A stretch of DNA of 64,000 nucleotides from Blastocatellia bacterium (GCA_963765495.1 CAVXWP010000009.1:1-64000), one strand, 5' to 3'; numbered from the stretch's first letter, positions 19,762 to 29,774 are shown. The notes: generated by a model from the sequence alone, not told the origin. A program made the numbers and translations.

Positions 19762-20800
19762 GGCTTTGTTGCGCAATTCGAGATGAAGATAGACTTCACC
19801 CAGACTTCGACCTCTTTTAGAATGCTACTGTGTCGGGCATCCCTAACTCGCTCATCCGATTCATCACCATGCACTTGATCCTTGCCTCCGTCATCTGTGT
19901 CTCCATCTTCCTACTGCTCATTCGCTCTCCTAATATCCCCTTCAGCCTGCCCATCTGTGTCTCTACCAAGCTCCTCTTGTGATACCCACTCTCTTTCTTC
20001 CACTCCTTCTCTCCTTTCTCTGCCTTCTCTCTTATCGCCAGGTTTCTTTCCCCCATATAATAATACTTGCTCTCGACTGCTCCCTTTCGCGGCGGGATCA
20101 ATGGCTTCGCTCCCTTCTTATAGATCGCCTTGTGACACTGGTTTGTATCATATGCTCCATCCCCATATATCCGACCTACTTCCCCTTCCGTTTCCTCTAT
20201 CAATCGAGGCATTACTCGCGGGTCAACAACTCCCTTGTCGGTCAACTCTACGGCTGTTATCTCCCACGTCTCTGTATCTACTGCTATGTGTAACTTCCTC
20301 CATTCTCGTCGTTTATCCTTCCCGTGTGTGCGAACTTTCCACTCCCCTTCTCCATAAATCTTGACTCCTGTTGAGTCTATTACAAGGTCCGCTATTGGCT
20401 TGCTTGTATCGCGCCTCAACCTTATCTCTAGCCCTGGGGCTCGCCTTGATACTCTACTGTAATCTGCAACGGGCAACTCTACTCCCATCAGCTTGAATAA
20501 TGAGCAGACGAATCCTTGAGTCTGGCGAAGCGGCAGATGGAAGACGGCCTTGATCGAGAGCATTGTTATGATAGCAGTGTCAGAATATCTCAATGGAGCG
20601 CCGGGGCGTGTTTGAGGAGAGCGGTGTAGCCACTGATCAAGGACATCTTGAGAGAGCCAGACTGTTAGACTACCACGATTACGAAGAGAGGAGTTATACT
20701 GTTTCCAGTTACGGGTGCGATAAGTGGGTTTGTTTTTCTTGGTCATAAAGAGATTATACAAACCCTCGCGCACCTGTTGCCATATTTACGCAACAAAGCC
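19762..20800 (-). mobile_element. IS5-family (IS903-like) element, copy 1
   Basis: Inverted repeats GGCTTTGTTGCG / CGCAACAAAGCC; ends 8 nt before an attC; no TSD seen. Confidence 0.9.
19817..20773 (-). CDS. IS5/IS903 transposase
   Basis: NWKQYN..L..RGSLTVW, IDSTGVK, WRKLH, DGAYD and YHKRSLVET motifs. Confidence 0.93.
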   Translation of the reverse strand: MREGLYNLFMTKKNKPTYRTRNWKQYNSSLRNRGSLTVWLSQDVLDQWLHRSPQTRPGAPLRYSDTAIITMLSIKAVFHLPLRQTQGFVCSLFKLMGVELPVADYSRVSRRAPGLEIRLRRDTSKPIADLVIDSTGVKIYGEGEWKVRTHGKDKRREWRKLHIAVDTETWEITAVELTDKGVVDPRVMPRLIEETEGEVGRIYGDGAYDTNQCHKAIYKKGAKPLIPPRKGAVESKYYYMGERNLAIREKAEKGEKEWKKESGYHKRSLVETQMGRLKGILGERMSSRKMETQMTEARIKCMVMNRMSELGMPDTVAF

Positions 20801-20808
20801 AAGGGCTT

Positions 20809-20894
20809 GCCTAACTGCTCATTCCAGCGGACGCGCTTGCCAACTTCTCGATTGCATCGGAGGCCACGGCGCGCCGCTGAACTCGTCGTTAGGC
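20809..20894 (+). repeat. attC site (IS110-A inserted at GTTAG^GC)
   Basis: Host-type attC; the R' box is regenerated because the IS starts with GC. Confidence 0.92.
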
Positions 20895-20959
20895 ATCCAT
20901 GAAGCAAGGCTTCTTCACGACGGATGAAAATGTCTGAGAGTTTATGTATCCTTCCTTCT

Positions 20960-21110
20960 GGTCATTGGCTGATAGGTCGTCGGGCCTTGGTGCCTTTAGC
21001 CCGGTCGTTAGTTTGACTTGGGGAGCCTTTTCAGGCATCACAACTTGTTGCTTCGAGCACGCATAGCAGTCTCTTTTGTTTTGAGGCTCCCCGCCAATGC
21101 CGAAAGGAGT
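20960..21110 (+). ncRNA. Putative bridge/seek RNA of IS110-A (approximate bounds)
   Basis: Guide-like segments GTCGTTAG (21004-11) and GAGCCT (21023-28) match the target; CATAGCAG (21062-69) and ATGCC (21097-101) match the element's own ends. Confidence 0.75.
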
Positions 21111-21116
21111 TCTATC

Positions 21117-22355
21117 ATGCAGATTCTTTACAACTCTTGCTGTGGTATTGATGTTCACGCTCGCACCGTTGTCGCCTGCCTCATCACTGACGGCAACAAA
21201 GAGGTTCGCACTTTCTCGACCATGACTGATGATTTGCTTGCCCTGCTCGACTGGCTCACTTCTCAAGGCTGCACTCACGTCGCTATTGAAAGTACTGGCG
21301 TTTACTGGAAGCCTGTTTTCAATATCCTCGAATCCTCCCTGGAGGTTATTTTGGTTAATGCCCGCCACGTCAAAGCTGTTCCTGGCAGAAAGACTGATGT
21401 TAAGGATTGTGAGTGGCTTGCTGACCTGCTTCGTCACGGTCTGCTTCGTCCCAGCTTTATCCCTCCTCCTCATATCCGTGAACTCAGGGATTTGACTCGC
21501 TACCGCCAGAGCCTTATCCGTGAGCAGACTGCTCTTGCCAATCGCATTCAGAAGTTGATTGAAAGCGCCAATATCAAGCTCGCTCAAGTCGCTAGTGATG
21601 CTTTGGGGGTTAGCGGCAGGCTGATGCTGAGAGCTTTGGCTGATGGTCAAACCGATGCTGACAAGATCAGCGACCTTGCTCGTCGGAGGATGAAGCGTAA
21701 GAAGGCTGACTTGAAGCGTGCTTTGCACGGTCGCCTCACTTCTGCCCAACGCTGGATTCTTAAAGAACTCCTCGATCAGTATGACTCGGTTGAATCCTCT
21801 ATTAAGAGGGTTGAAGAGAAGATCAGCCAGGAGGTCGAAACTTCCCCAGACCCTTTTGTTAAGCAAGCTGTTGAGCTTCTCGATTCTATTCCAGGAGTCG
21901 CAAAGACCTTAGCCCAGATCATTGTCTCTGAGATTGGAGTAGATATGAGCTGCTTCCCAACAGACAAGAATCTCTCAAGTTGGGCTTCGATCTGTCCCAG
22001 TAATAATCAATCGGCAGGAAAACGAAAGAGTGGAAGAACCCAAAAGGGCAATAGCTATCTAAAAGCAGCCCTTGTGCAGGCAGCCTGGGCAGCAACGCAT
22101 CAGAAGGATTGTTTCCTTGCAGCGAAGTACAAAAGGCTGGTCAAGAGAATGGGGAAGAAGAAGGCGCTGGTAGCAATAGCACATTCGATACTTGTGATTG
22201 TATATCACGTCTTAGAAGAGAGAGCCGGTTACAAAGAGTTGGGAGTAGATTATCTGGACAAAAGGAATGTAGAGAAGCAGCGGCGAAGATTAATCCGACA
22301 GCTTGAGGGGACGGGCTTGAGAGTAACTGTTGAAGAGGTCGAGCAAGCTGCCTGA
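21117..22355 (+). CDS. IS110 recombinase/transposase
   Basis: CCGIDVH, AIESTGVYW, KTDVKD and SIPGV...SAGK motifs. Confidence 0.95.
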   Translation: MQILYNSCCGIDVHARTVVACLITDGNKEVRTFSTMTDDLLALLDWLTSQGCTHVAIESTGVYWKPVFNILESSLEVILVNARHVKAVPGRKTDVKDCEWLADLLRHGLLRPSFIPPPHIRELRDLTRYRQSLIREQTALANRIQKLIESANIKLAQVASDALGVSGRLMLRALADGQTDADKISDLARRRMKRKKADLKRALHGRLTSAQRWILKELLDQYDSVESSIKRVEEKISQEVETSPDPFVKQAVELLDSIPGVAKTLAQIIVSEIGVDMSCFPTDKNLSSWASICPSNNQSAGKRKSGRTQKGNSYLKAALVQAAWAATHQKDCFLAAKYKRLVKRMGKKKALVAIAHSILVIVYHVLEERAGYKELGVDYLDKRNVEKQRRRLIRQLEGTGLRVTVEEVEQAA

Positions 22356-22457
22356 TCAACACCTACTCTTATTTTCATAGCAGGCTCTCGCTTTCGCAAT
22401 GATATAACTTGCCTTGATAAAAACTTCTTCCCCTATCATAATGCTGTTGAGGTCATT

Positions 22458-22613
22458 ATGAAGAGTAAGTATGAAATTTTTCCTCGTGCTGTCATTACTA
22501 AGAAGCCTCCTAAACAGGAGATTTCTGAAAAGGAATTTCGCCGCAGATTAAAGAATATTGATCAGTGGAGGAAAGAACGTCTTGCCGAGTTTCGCTCCAA
22601 GAATTCGCGTTGA
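22458..22613 (+). CDS. Small basic hypothetical protein (51 aa; not in the ORF track)
   Basis: GAGG RBS then MKSKYEIFPRAVITKKPPKQEISEKEFRRRLKNIDQWRKERLAEFRSKNSR*; overlaps the next gene. Confidence 0.6.
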   Translation: MKSKYEIFPRAVITKKPPKQEISEKEFRRRLKNIDQWRKERLAEFRSKNSR

Positions 22614-22929
22614 AGTTTACATCCCTGTTCGCTATGAAACTGCCTACCAAGATACTCTTGCTTGGATGATTCGAGAGTTTACGGAATTGCGCGGTGGTTG
22701 TACAGTAATAGAAAATGCCGGTGGTTATTATCTTTCTGACTCGAACGAAATTATAGATGATCGAATAAGTTTGGTATATTGTGATTTTCCAATGGATTGG
22801 AACAAGCGAGTTGAACGCATCGAAGTGCAGAACTATTGCAGTGGGTTGCAGGATTTCCTGCTCAAAAATCTTTGGGAAGAAGCGATCTTGATCGTGGCTT
22901 ATCCGGTTTCACATAGTCAGCTATCTTGA
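22582..22929 (+). CDS. Hypothetical protein (cassette), probable TTG start
   Basis: RVEVYIPVRY...GGCT....GYY...DRI...LWEEAILI; second gene of a two-gene cassette. Confidence 0.65.
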   Translation: MPSFAPRIRVEVYIPVRYETAYQDTLAWMIREFTELRGGCTVIENAGGYYLSDSNEIIDDRISLVYCDFPMDWNKRVERIEVQNYCSGLQDFLLKNLWEEAILIVAYPVSHSQLS

Positions 22930-23011
22930 CGAAAAAGATACGAGAACCTTTTGCTACGATGAATAATTCCAGAATCCTGAACGAACCCATAACAGTAATT
23001 TAAAACACTGA

Positions 23012-23097
23012 GCCTAACTGCTCATTCCAGCGGACGCGCTTGCCAACCGCTCGATTGAAGCGGGGGCCACAGCGCGCCGCTGAATTCGTCGTTAGGC
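23012..23097 (+). repeat. attC site
   Basis: Host-type attC consensus. Confidence 0.93.
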
Positions 23098-23385
23098 CGC
23101 TCGGACACATCCGGCAGATTCACAGCTCATTCCGTTTTGGATTCGGCCATCCAGCGACGAGCTTTCCCGCACGGCTACCGTATCACTGCGTTTTCTTTGA
23201 GTGATGCACCGCGGGTCCCCAGTGAGTTCGGCATCAGGCTTCCGGATGACATCAGTCGCTTTAAGGTCGTCGAGGGCATTCGTGTTTCAGACCTTGACCA
23301 GAATCATATTGCCCCGAATATAGGGCCGATAGTTCTCCGCGGTGTCGGGTATCCACTTCAGCAGATTGGAGCATATAATGACATG

Positions 23386-23484
23386 GGGCAACCATGCGCT
23401 GCAGCCAACGCCGGGAAGCGGCTTCAGTTCTGCTGCGCGGTTCATCTTCACTGGCCCAGCGTCGCTGAGCTTGAGTCGTTGAAT
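23386..23484 (+). repeat. Degenerate non-host attC
   Basis: GGCAACCATGCGCTGCAGCCAACGCCGGG...CCCAGCGTCGCTGAGCTTGAGTCGTT. Confidence 0.6.
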
Positions 23485-23499
23485 GAAAGGAGGAATGAC

Positions 23500-23892
23500 A
23501 TGACCAATCAGGTATTCGAAGGATTTCAACTTGAAAGCAAGTTTGTTCATTTGGAAAATAATGGAAACATGATTAGCCTGTTGGTTGATGAAAAGTTCTG
23601 GTCTGAAGGATCTAGTCGAAGCTACCTCCAATCGGGTAGGCTGATGGGAGTTCTGAAGATGGATACTGGCCCTTCTCATTGGGAAATGCACCCAGACGGA
23701 GATGAGTTGCTGTATTTATTGTCGGGCTCTATGGATGTTGTTATTGAATCGGAAGGCAAAAACAAAGCTATAACTTTGGCTAGTTTCTCTTCTTGTATTA
23801 TTCCCAAAGAAACATGGCATCAACCAATAGCTCGCGAGCCATGTAGCTTACTGTTTATTACTCCAAGTAAAGGCACTCAACACCGTGAATGA
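23500..23892 (+). CDS. Cupin domain protein
   Basis: AGGAGG RBS; WEMHPDGDELLYLLSG and IIPKETWH motifs. Confidence 0.85.
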   Translation: MTNQVFEGFQLESKFVHLENNGNMISLLVDEKFWSEGSSRSYLQSGRLMGVLKMDTGPSHWEMHPDGDELLYLLSGSMDVVIESEGKNKAITLASFSSCIIPKETWHQPIAREPCSLLFITPSKGTQHRE

Positions 23893-23929
23893 TGCGCCCA
23901 ACAAAGCGCTGAAATCCAAACGAAAGGAA

Positions 23930-25217
23930 CTGATGATTTTCGAGTATATGTAAATGGTTGACGGAGTGCAATCTAGGCCCTTTCAATCATGAAAATGCTA
24001 CTACATTTTCGTGAAAGGAGACCTAGAATGCACTTTGAAGAAATTATAAAGCAGTTTCGTATTGTTTTAATCTCCAAGTTGAGCCGTCGAGAAGATCGCT
24101 CCGAGTTCGTTGAAGTCACTTTGATACTGATCGTCGGATTGCTTTGTGGTTTGTTCAATCCCAATCAAGTTGCTGAGCAATTAGGCGTCTCCCCAAAGAG
24201 GTTCTATGCAGTTCTCACAGAGATGGATGCTCGTCAATGGCGAGTGCTGTTAGAAAAGTTAATGTTGGAGAAGGCCATTGAGGAATTGAAAAGATACGAA
24301 TCGGCTTCGGCTTCTACGCGTTCGCGACGCGGGGCTTCTTTGAGCATAGATGACACGCTAGTCAAGCGACTCTCACAGGTGCTCTCTTATGTTTGGGCCT
24401 GGTACAGTGGGCAACTCAAAGATGTGAGGCGAGGGCAAGACCTGCTCGGCATAGTTTTGAAGATCAACGGGAGAATCTTGCCGTTGAGTCTGGTATGGGT
24501 AAGCAAACAGGGACGCGGCTCAACTAACAAACCTGCAGTCTTACTACGAGAAATGAAGCGATTGAAGGAGTTATTCAGGCAAGCAGGTGTGGAAATAACT
24601 GACCTTGCAACGAGCTTCGATAGTTGGTGGGCAAGTAAGCCTGTCAGTTCTCAATTGGCTGAGATAGGTTTTTCAAAGCAGGTCATCTGTGCAAAAGCAA
24701 ACCTCGTGTTTGAGACAAAAGAAGGAAGAAAGAAGTTGCCCCTACATCGAGAGGGGAAGGAGTTGAAACAAGGATGGGGGCATAATGAGCTAGCAAAAAG
24801 AGTGAGGGCAATCTCTCCGACATTCGGGCAAGTGGCCTTGATATTCTTTCATCGAGCGCGCACAAAGGCATATGCGCTGATAGCGCCGCAGCGATTGATG
24901 AGGAGTTGCGAGGCGCTGAGAGTATGGAAGAATCATCAGGCAGTAGAGACATTTTGGAAGCGAATGAAGCGATGGCTGGGATTAGGACAGATGCAGATGA
25001 GGGGGAGAGAAGGAGCATGGGCAGAGTTAGCCTTGAGGGTGATGGCATACTTGGTAGCTCAAGAAATATTCACCGATGAAGTCGGTACCATCTTTCAACT
25101 CACCCAACGCCTGAGACGGGAAAGCACATTTGCAGAGTTAGTCAACAAGCATTTTCACAGCGACCTGCATGCATTGTGCTGAAACGGGAGATTTTAAGCC
25201 GATTCTGAAAAGATCAG
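23930..25217 (+). mobile_element. IS701/ISH3-like element
   Basis: Imperfect inverted repeats CTGATGATTTTC / GAAAAGATCAG; 5-bp direct repeat AGGAA. Confidence 0.65.
23989..25182 (+). CDS. DDE transposase (IS701/ISH3-like)
   Basis: LSIDDT, FDSWW and VETFWKRMKRWLGLG motifs. Confidence 0.8.
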   Translation: MKMLLHFRERRPRMHFEEIIKQFRIVLISKLSRREDRSEFVEVTLILIVGLLCGLFNPNQVAEQLGVSPKRFYAVLTEMDARQWRVLLEKLMLEKAIEELKRYESASASTRSRRGASLSIDDTLVKRLSQVLSYVWAWYSGQLKDVRRGQDLLGIVLKINGRILPLSLVWVSKQGRGSTNKPAVLLREMKRLKELFRQAGVEITDLATSFDSWWASKPVSSQLAEIGFSKQVICAKANLVFETKEGRKKLPLHREGKELKQGWGHNELAKRVRAISPTFGQVALIFFHRARTKAYALIAPQRLMRSCEALRVWKNHQAVETFWKRMKRWLGLGQMQMRGREGAWAELALRVMAYLVAQEIFTDEVGTIFQLTQRLRRESTFAELVNKHFHSDLHALC

Positions 25218-25228
25218 AGGAACTATAA

Positions 25229-25657
25229 ATGACTGACGAAATCGTAGCCGCCAACAAAGAACTTGTCCGCCGCTTCTACAAAGAGGTCTACGGCGACTGG
25301 AATATGGCGCTGGTGGACGAGGTTGTATCACCTCAGTTCACATCCCACGATTGGCCGGAAGGCGGCCCAACCGGTCCGCAGGCGTTCCGAGATTACTATT
25401 CAGCCATACGATCCGCGGTACCGGACGCCCGATATGAAGTCGATGATCTAATTGCCGATGGTGACAGGGTAGTGGTGCGGTGGAGACTGCTTGGAACACA
25501 CAAGGGCGACTTCCGTGGCATCGCTCCCACAGGCCGGGCTATCGTGCTCAAGGGCATCGCTATCTACCGGGTGGAGGGTGGTAAGCTGATGGAGCGCTGG
25601 GTTGTATCTGACCTGCATGGCCTGCTTGAGGAAATCCGAGAATCTTCGCCACACTAG
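25229..25657 (+). CDS. SnoaL-like ester cyclase
   Basis: NKELVRRFY, DGDRVVVRW and GTHKGDFRGIAPTGR motifs. Confidence 0.9.
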   Translation: MTDEIVAANKELVRRFYKEVYGDWNMALVDEVVSPQFTSHDWPEGGPTGPQAFRDYYSAIRSAVPDARYEVDDLIADGDRVVVRWRLLGTHKGDFRGIAPTGRAIVLKGIAIYRVEGGKLMERWVVSDLHGLLEEIRESSPH

Positions 25658-25674
25658 ATGTGCCATGGAGCAGG

Positions 25675-25734
25675 TGCTAACCATCCGCTGGAGGCCACGC
25701 GGCTGTGCCGTGTGCCTCAGCTTGAGCGTTAGGC
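25675..25734 (+). repeat. Short 60-bp attC (non-host type)
   Basis: TGCTAAC...CTGGAGGC...GCCTCAG...GTTAGGC. Confidence 0.8.
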
Positions 25735-26108
25735 GTCAGGACATCGGTGAAATGGAAACGACTCGGCAAGTAATCGCTCAAAGACCTGATATCAATGTCA
25801 CTGCGAGGACAAAGAATATGCTCGCCTACCGATGCTTGTCCTCGCCTCGATTGGTCTTGATGAGCCACAATCTTGCTCATCAATTGCTTCACCAAAACTG
25901 TTCATTCAGCCATGCTGGGGGTCTGGCTGTCGAGGTTCTCTTCAAGCGAGAATGGCTGCACAGCTTTGGCCAGAGCTAACCTGTTTGGGAGGGATGAAGA
26001 CGGGAAACAAAAGGGCAAGGCAGCGAGTAAGAAGCAGGAAGGAAAGGTACGGGAAGATTAGGGAGATGAGAATGAGTCAATGCCAAGGTGAAGTAATGAG
26101 AGAGAGCC
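25735..26108 (+). other. ORF-less cassette, family II
   Basis: Starts GTCAG..CGGTGAAATGGAAACGACTCGGCAAG..ATCGCTCAAAGACCTGA. Confidence 0.78.
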
Positions 26109-26193
26109 GCCTAACAGGTCGATCAACCGGACCCGCATGCCAACGATTCATTATCCCAGTGGCCACAGCGGGCCGGTTATCTCGGTGTTAGGC
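26109..26193 (+). repeat. attC site
   Basis: Type-2 host attC. Confidence 0.92.
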
Positions 26194-26371
26194 TCGCGGG
26201 GAAAGTACCTGACCAACAGCAAGGAATTGGAGATAGAAATACTTGATCAAACAAGATCATAGTAGCGACAAGGTACTTTCACCAAGCAAGGAGATACGCT
26301 TGGGGCCGCGCCTCCCGATATGCCTTGATTGAATTGCAAAGAAAGCCGAGCGCGGCCAAAGACAAAGGCGC

Positions 26372-26456
26372 GCCTAACATGGGCATTCAACGGACCCGCA
26401 TACCAGCGTCTCGTTATCCCTTCGCCCACAGCGGGCCGGTTATCTCGGCGTTAGGC
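26372..26456 (+). repeat. attC site
   Basis: Type-2 host attC closing a 178-bp unit. Confidence 0.9.
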
Positions 26457-26851
26457 GTCCATATCTCAGTGGAAGCGAGACGACTCATCAAGCGATGATG
26501 CGAAAACCAGTTCAGGTAGTCATCGCCAGGACATTGCGCTTGCTCGCCTCTCATTCCCCTTTTCCCGATACAACTCTGCTTCTTTCGTTCATCTCTTCTC
26601 CTTTACCCGATACTCGTTCCTCCCGAAACTGTCTTTCAGCACTGCTCAATGATAAAGCTGCTTCTCAAGGATACCTTCGCAGCACAATCGCCTGTTGAGG
26701 CAAGTGGCAGGAGAAGCCTGATTGGGAAGGACAAAGCTTGCACATCAAACTGCTTCCTTGGCAATGGCAGGAAAAGCTGTCACCGGAAGAGAAGGCAGGA
26801 TAGGAGAATGATGGTAAGCAAGGCTCAAGAAGATGACCAGGCAAAGGAGCC
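26457..26851 (+). other. ORF-less cassette, family I
   Basis: Family motifs. Confidence 0.8.
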
Positions 26852-26936
26852 GCCTAACCACTCAATCAACCGGACCCGCGTGCCAGCGATTCATTATCCC
26901 TGTGGCCACAGCGGGCCGGTTATCTCGTCGTTAGGC
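26852..26936 (+). repeat. attC site
   Basis: Type-2 host attC. Confidence 0.93.
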
Positions 26937-26955
26937 TCCCCTACTTGAATCGAAA

Positions 26956-28458
26956 ATGCATGTAAAGGTGTTCTGGATTAATCAATCTGATTCTGGCCAC
27001 ATCGGGATCATTCCACGTCCTCGCGGTGGTGATTGGCTTGAAGATGAAATTGCTTCTCTTCACCAATCTCACGCTGATGTTATCGTTTCTCTTCTTGAAA
27101 ATGATGAAATCTCAGAACTCGATCTTACGCAGGAACAGACACTTTGCGAGAAAACAGGCATTAGATGATCCGAGGAATAAGAAGGACTTTGGTAAACTAT
27201 TCGCATGACAATCGAACAAATCAACAATCTCAAACCTGCAAGACTCCGCGCCTTGACCCGCATGACGACAAACGCCCTTCAACAATTGTTGTCTACTACC
27301 GTGCCGGTCTTGGTTCATCTCCGTCAACAGGCCAAACTTCTTCGCCCTGATCGCAAACGCGCTCTCGGTGGCGGTAGAAAACCCAAACTCACTCCTTCTC
27401 AGGAGGTCTTGCTCGTTCTCATCTACCTGCGTCACAACCTCGCTCACGCGCGTTGTCGCAGCGTTGTTTGGTGTTAGCGCCGACACCTCCGAGAATCTCT
27501 TTCACGAGATTGTCCCCTTGCTCAGAGAACTCTTTCCCTCCAATCGCTTTGAGGCACAGAAGAGGTTTCGAGGTCAGGAACCGAGCCTCAAAATCCAAGA
27601 GATTGACCGAATTCTCATCGACAGTTTTGAGACGCCAATACCCCGCCCCTCCAATTATGAACGTCAAAAACGGGTATATTCTGGTAAAAAGAAATGCCAC
27701 ACGCTCAAGAGCCAAGTAGAGAGTGATCGAAAGGGAGAAGTGCTGGGTATCAGTGGAGGGCATCGCGGGCCAGCATCGGATAAGCGAGTATATGAAGCCA
27801 GTGGAGTGGGGGAGAAATATCGAGAAGCGAGCAAGCAAGGGGATTTGGGATATCAGGGCACAGAGGGAATCGAAGTACCACACAAGAAGCCGAAAGGAGG
27901 TGAGCTAAGTGATGATGAGCGAGAGGAGAATCGAGCGAAGGCGAGTGTGAGGGTACAGGTAGAACACGGCATAAGAAGAGTGAAAGGATTCAAGATCATG
28001 AGAGAGAAGTATCGGCTGGCAATGGGGTTGTTCCCGATGGTAGCGTCGGCAGTAGTCGGATTGGTACATCTCAACCGAATCCTTATGTAAGCAGACTGCA
28101 AAGGGTGAAGTGTGCCCATCTGACGGTGGGCCGCCCAAGCACGCTTCATTTTTTATTTATCGGATCATCTATTGCCTTCATCCATTTCCCTATTGCTGAC
28201 AGAGGTGTCCCAACATCACGCATAGAAACAATGAGTTTTCTCAGGGATGTCGAAAGGCTTTTGTCAGAAGAGAAGAACATAGTTATTCATTGCAGGCAGG
28301 GTGTTGGTCGCTCTGCGATGATTGCTGCTCTGCTTTTGGTAAACAACGGTGCGAAAGTCGAAGATGCTTTTGAACAAATTCAGATTGCAAGAGGTTGCGA
28401 AGTGCCGGACACTGTAGAACAGAAAGACTGGGTTATTCGTTTTGCTGAGAGTATTTGA
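26956..28458 (+). pseudogene. Dual-specificity/tyrosine phosphatase split by an IS
   Basis: PRPRGGDWLEDE...EKTGI|AFIHFPIADRGVP...IHCRQGVGRSA (CX5R motif). Confidence 0.88.
27163..28170 (+). mobile_element. IS5-family (ISL2/IS702-like) element with a two-frame transposase
   Basis: Inverted repeats AGATGATCCGA / TCGGATCATCT; TSD ATT; HTH ORF 27205-27477 plus DDE part (IDSFE, YSGKKKCHT, DLGYQG, RVQVEHGI) to 28090. Confidence 0.88.
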
Positions 28459-28488
28459 AAAGGTGGAAATAGATCGAAAATGGACTCA

Positions 28489-28573
28489 GCCTAACTGCTC
28501 ATTCCAGCGGACGCGCTTTCCACTTACTCGTTGTCCCTTTGCTACCAGCGCGCCGCTGAACTCGGTGTTAGGC
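28489..28573 (+). repeat. attC site
   Basis: Host-type attC consensus. Confidence 0.93.
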
Positions 28574-28936
28574 GTCAGAACAACGGTGAAATGGAAACGA
28601 CTCGGCAAGCAATCGCTTAAAGACCTGACAGCAAAGACACCGCGAGGAGAATGGATCGGTTCACCTATCAATGCTACTTCTCGCTGCAATTCCTCATCAG
28701 AATCATTCTTCATCAAATCTCTGCTTTCAGATATGCTCAGTCTCAGGGCTGTTTTCCACAGAGCCATTTCAAGCGAAATTGCCTGCGCAGAAATGGCCAA
28801 AGCAGACCTGTCAGGGAAGGATGGTTTCTGCAAATCGACAGTCTGCAAGCAAGGAGAAAGAAGGAGATGGGAGAGGAGGATAGAAACGAGAGATGAAAAT
28901 GAGAGAAGGCGAAGAGGTAAAACAGCGAGGGGAGCC
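28574..28936 (+). other. ORF-less cassette, family II
   Basis: Family II 5' motif. Confidence 0.78.
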
Positions 28937-29023
28937 GCCTAACCATCGGTTCGACCGGACCCGCAATCCAACTATTCGCATGAAGTGGAGGCCACAGCGG
29001 ACCGGTCAACCGGGACGTTAGGC
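28937..29023 (+). repeat. attC site
   Basis: GCCTAAC..CGGTTCGACCGG...CCGGTCAACCG..GTTAGGC. Confidence 0.9.
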
Positions 29024-29378
29024 GTTAGATCACCGATGAAAGGGAAACGACTCATCAAGCAACGCTACGAAAACCAGTTCAGGCGAGTCATAGCGAGGAG
29101 AGCCTCTTGCTCTCTTCTCTCTTCTCTTGCTCCTTCATATGATATTTCTTCCAAACGATTGTTCAGCATTGCTCAATGATAAACCCACCTCGAAAAGATA
29201 CCTTCGCAGGGCAATTGCCTGTTGAGGTAAGCGACAGCACAAACCTGATTGGAAAAGACGAACTTGGCACATCAAGCTGCTTCCTAAGCAATAGCAGGAA
29301 AACCTATCTCAGAAAGTGAGGCTGAGAATTGGAGGATCAGGGCCAGCAAAGCTCAAGTAATGAAACAGGCAAGGGGCT
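29024..29378 (+). other. ORF-less cassette, family I
   Basis: Family motifs. Confidence 0.8.
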
Positions 29379-29463
29379 GCCTAACCGCTCAATCAACCGG
29401 ACCCGCATACCAACATCTCGTTATCCCTTCGACCACAGCGGGCCGGTTATCTCGGTGTTAGGC
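29379..29463 (+). repeat. attC site
   Basis: Type-2 host attC. Confidence 0.93.
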
Positions 29464-29546
29464 TCACTACCCCAAGTGCCAGTATAATGCAAAGGGTTGT
29501 TGACATTTCTAACCACGCTTGTGGATACTTGCCACGAGGTAATTAT

Positions 29547-29774
29547 ATGAAGCAAATGCGACAGTTCACAGGTATTATTGAGCGCGAAGATGATTGGTTC
29601 GTTGCGCTTTGTCCTGAATTGGATATAGCGAGTCAAGGAAGAACGGTTGAAGAGGCAAGATCGAATCTGATCGAAGCCATTGAGCTTTTCTTTGAAGTTG
29701 CCGACAATTCGGAGATTGAAAGTCGTTTACATACTGAAGTCTTTGTTACCAGGATGGAGGTTGCTGTTGGCTAA
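29547..29774 (+). CDS. hicB: HicB-family antitoxin
   Basis: IIEREDDWFVALCPELDIASQGRTVEEA motif. Confidence 0.9.
   Translation: MKQMRQFTGIIEREDDWFVALCPELDIASQGRTVEEARSNLIEAIELFFEVADNSEIESRLHTEVFVTRMEVAVG

Larger units (their letters stand above)
20893..22383 (+). mobile_element. IS110-family element type A (attC-targeting), copy 1
   Basis: Flanked by a repeated AG core; subterminal repeats ATGAAAAT / ATTTTCAT; removal restores GTTAGGCTCTC. Confidence 0.92.
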
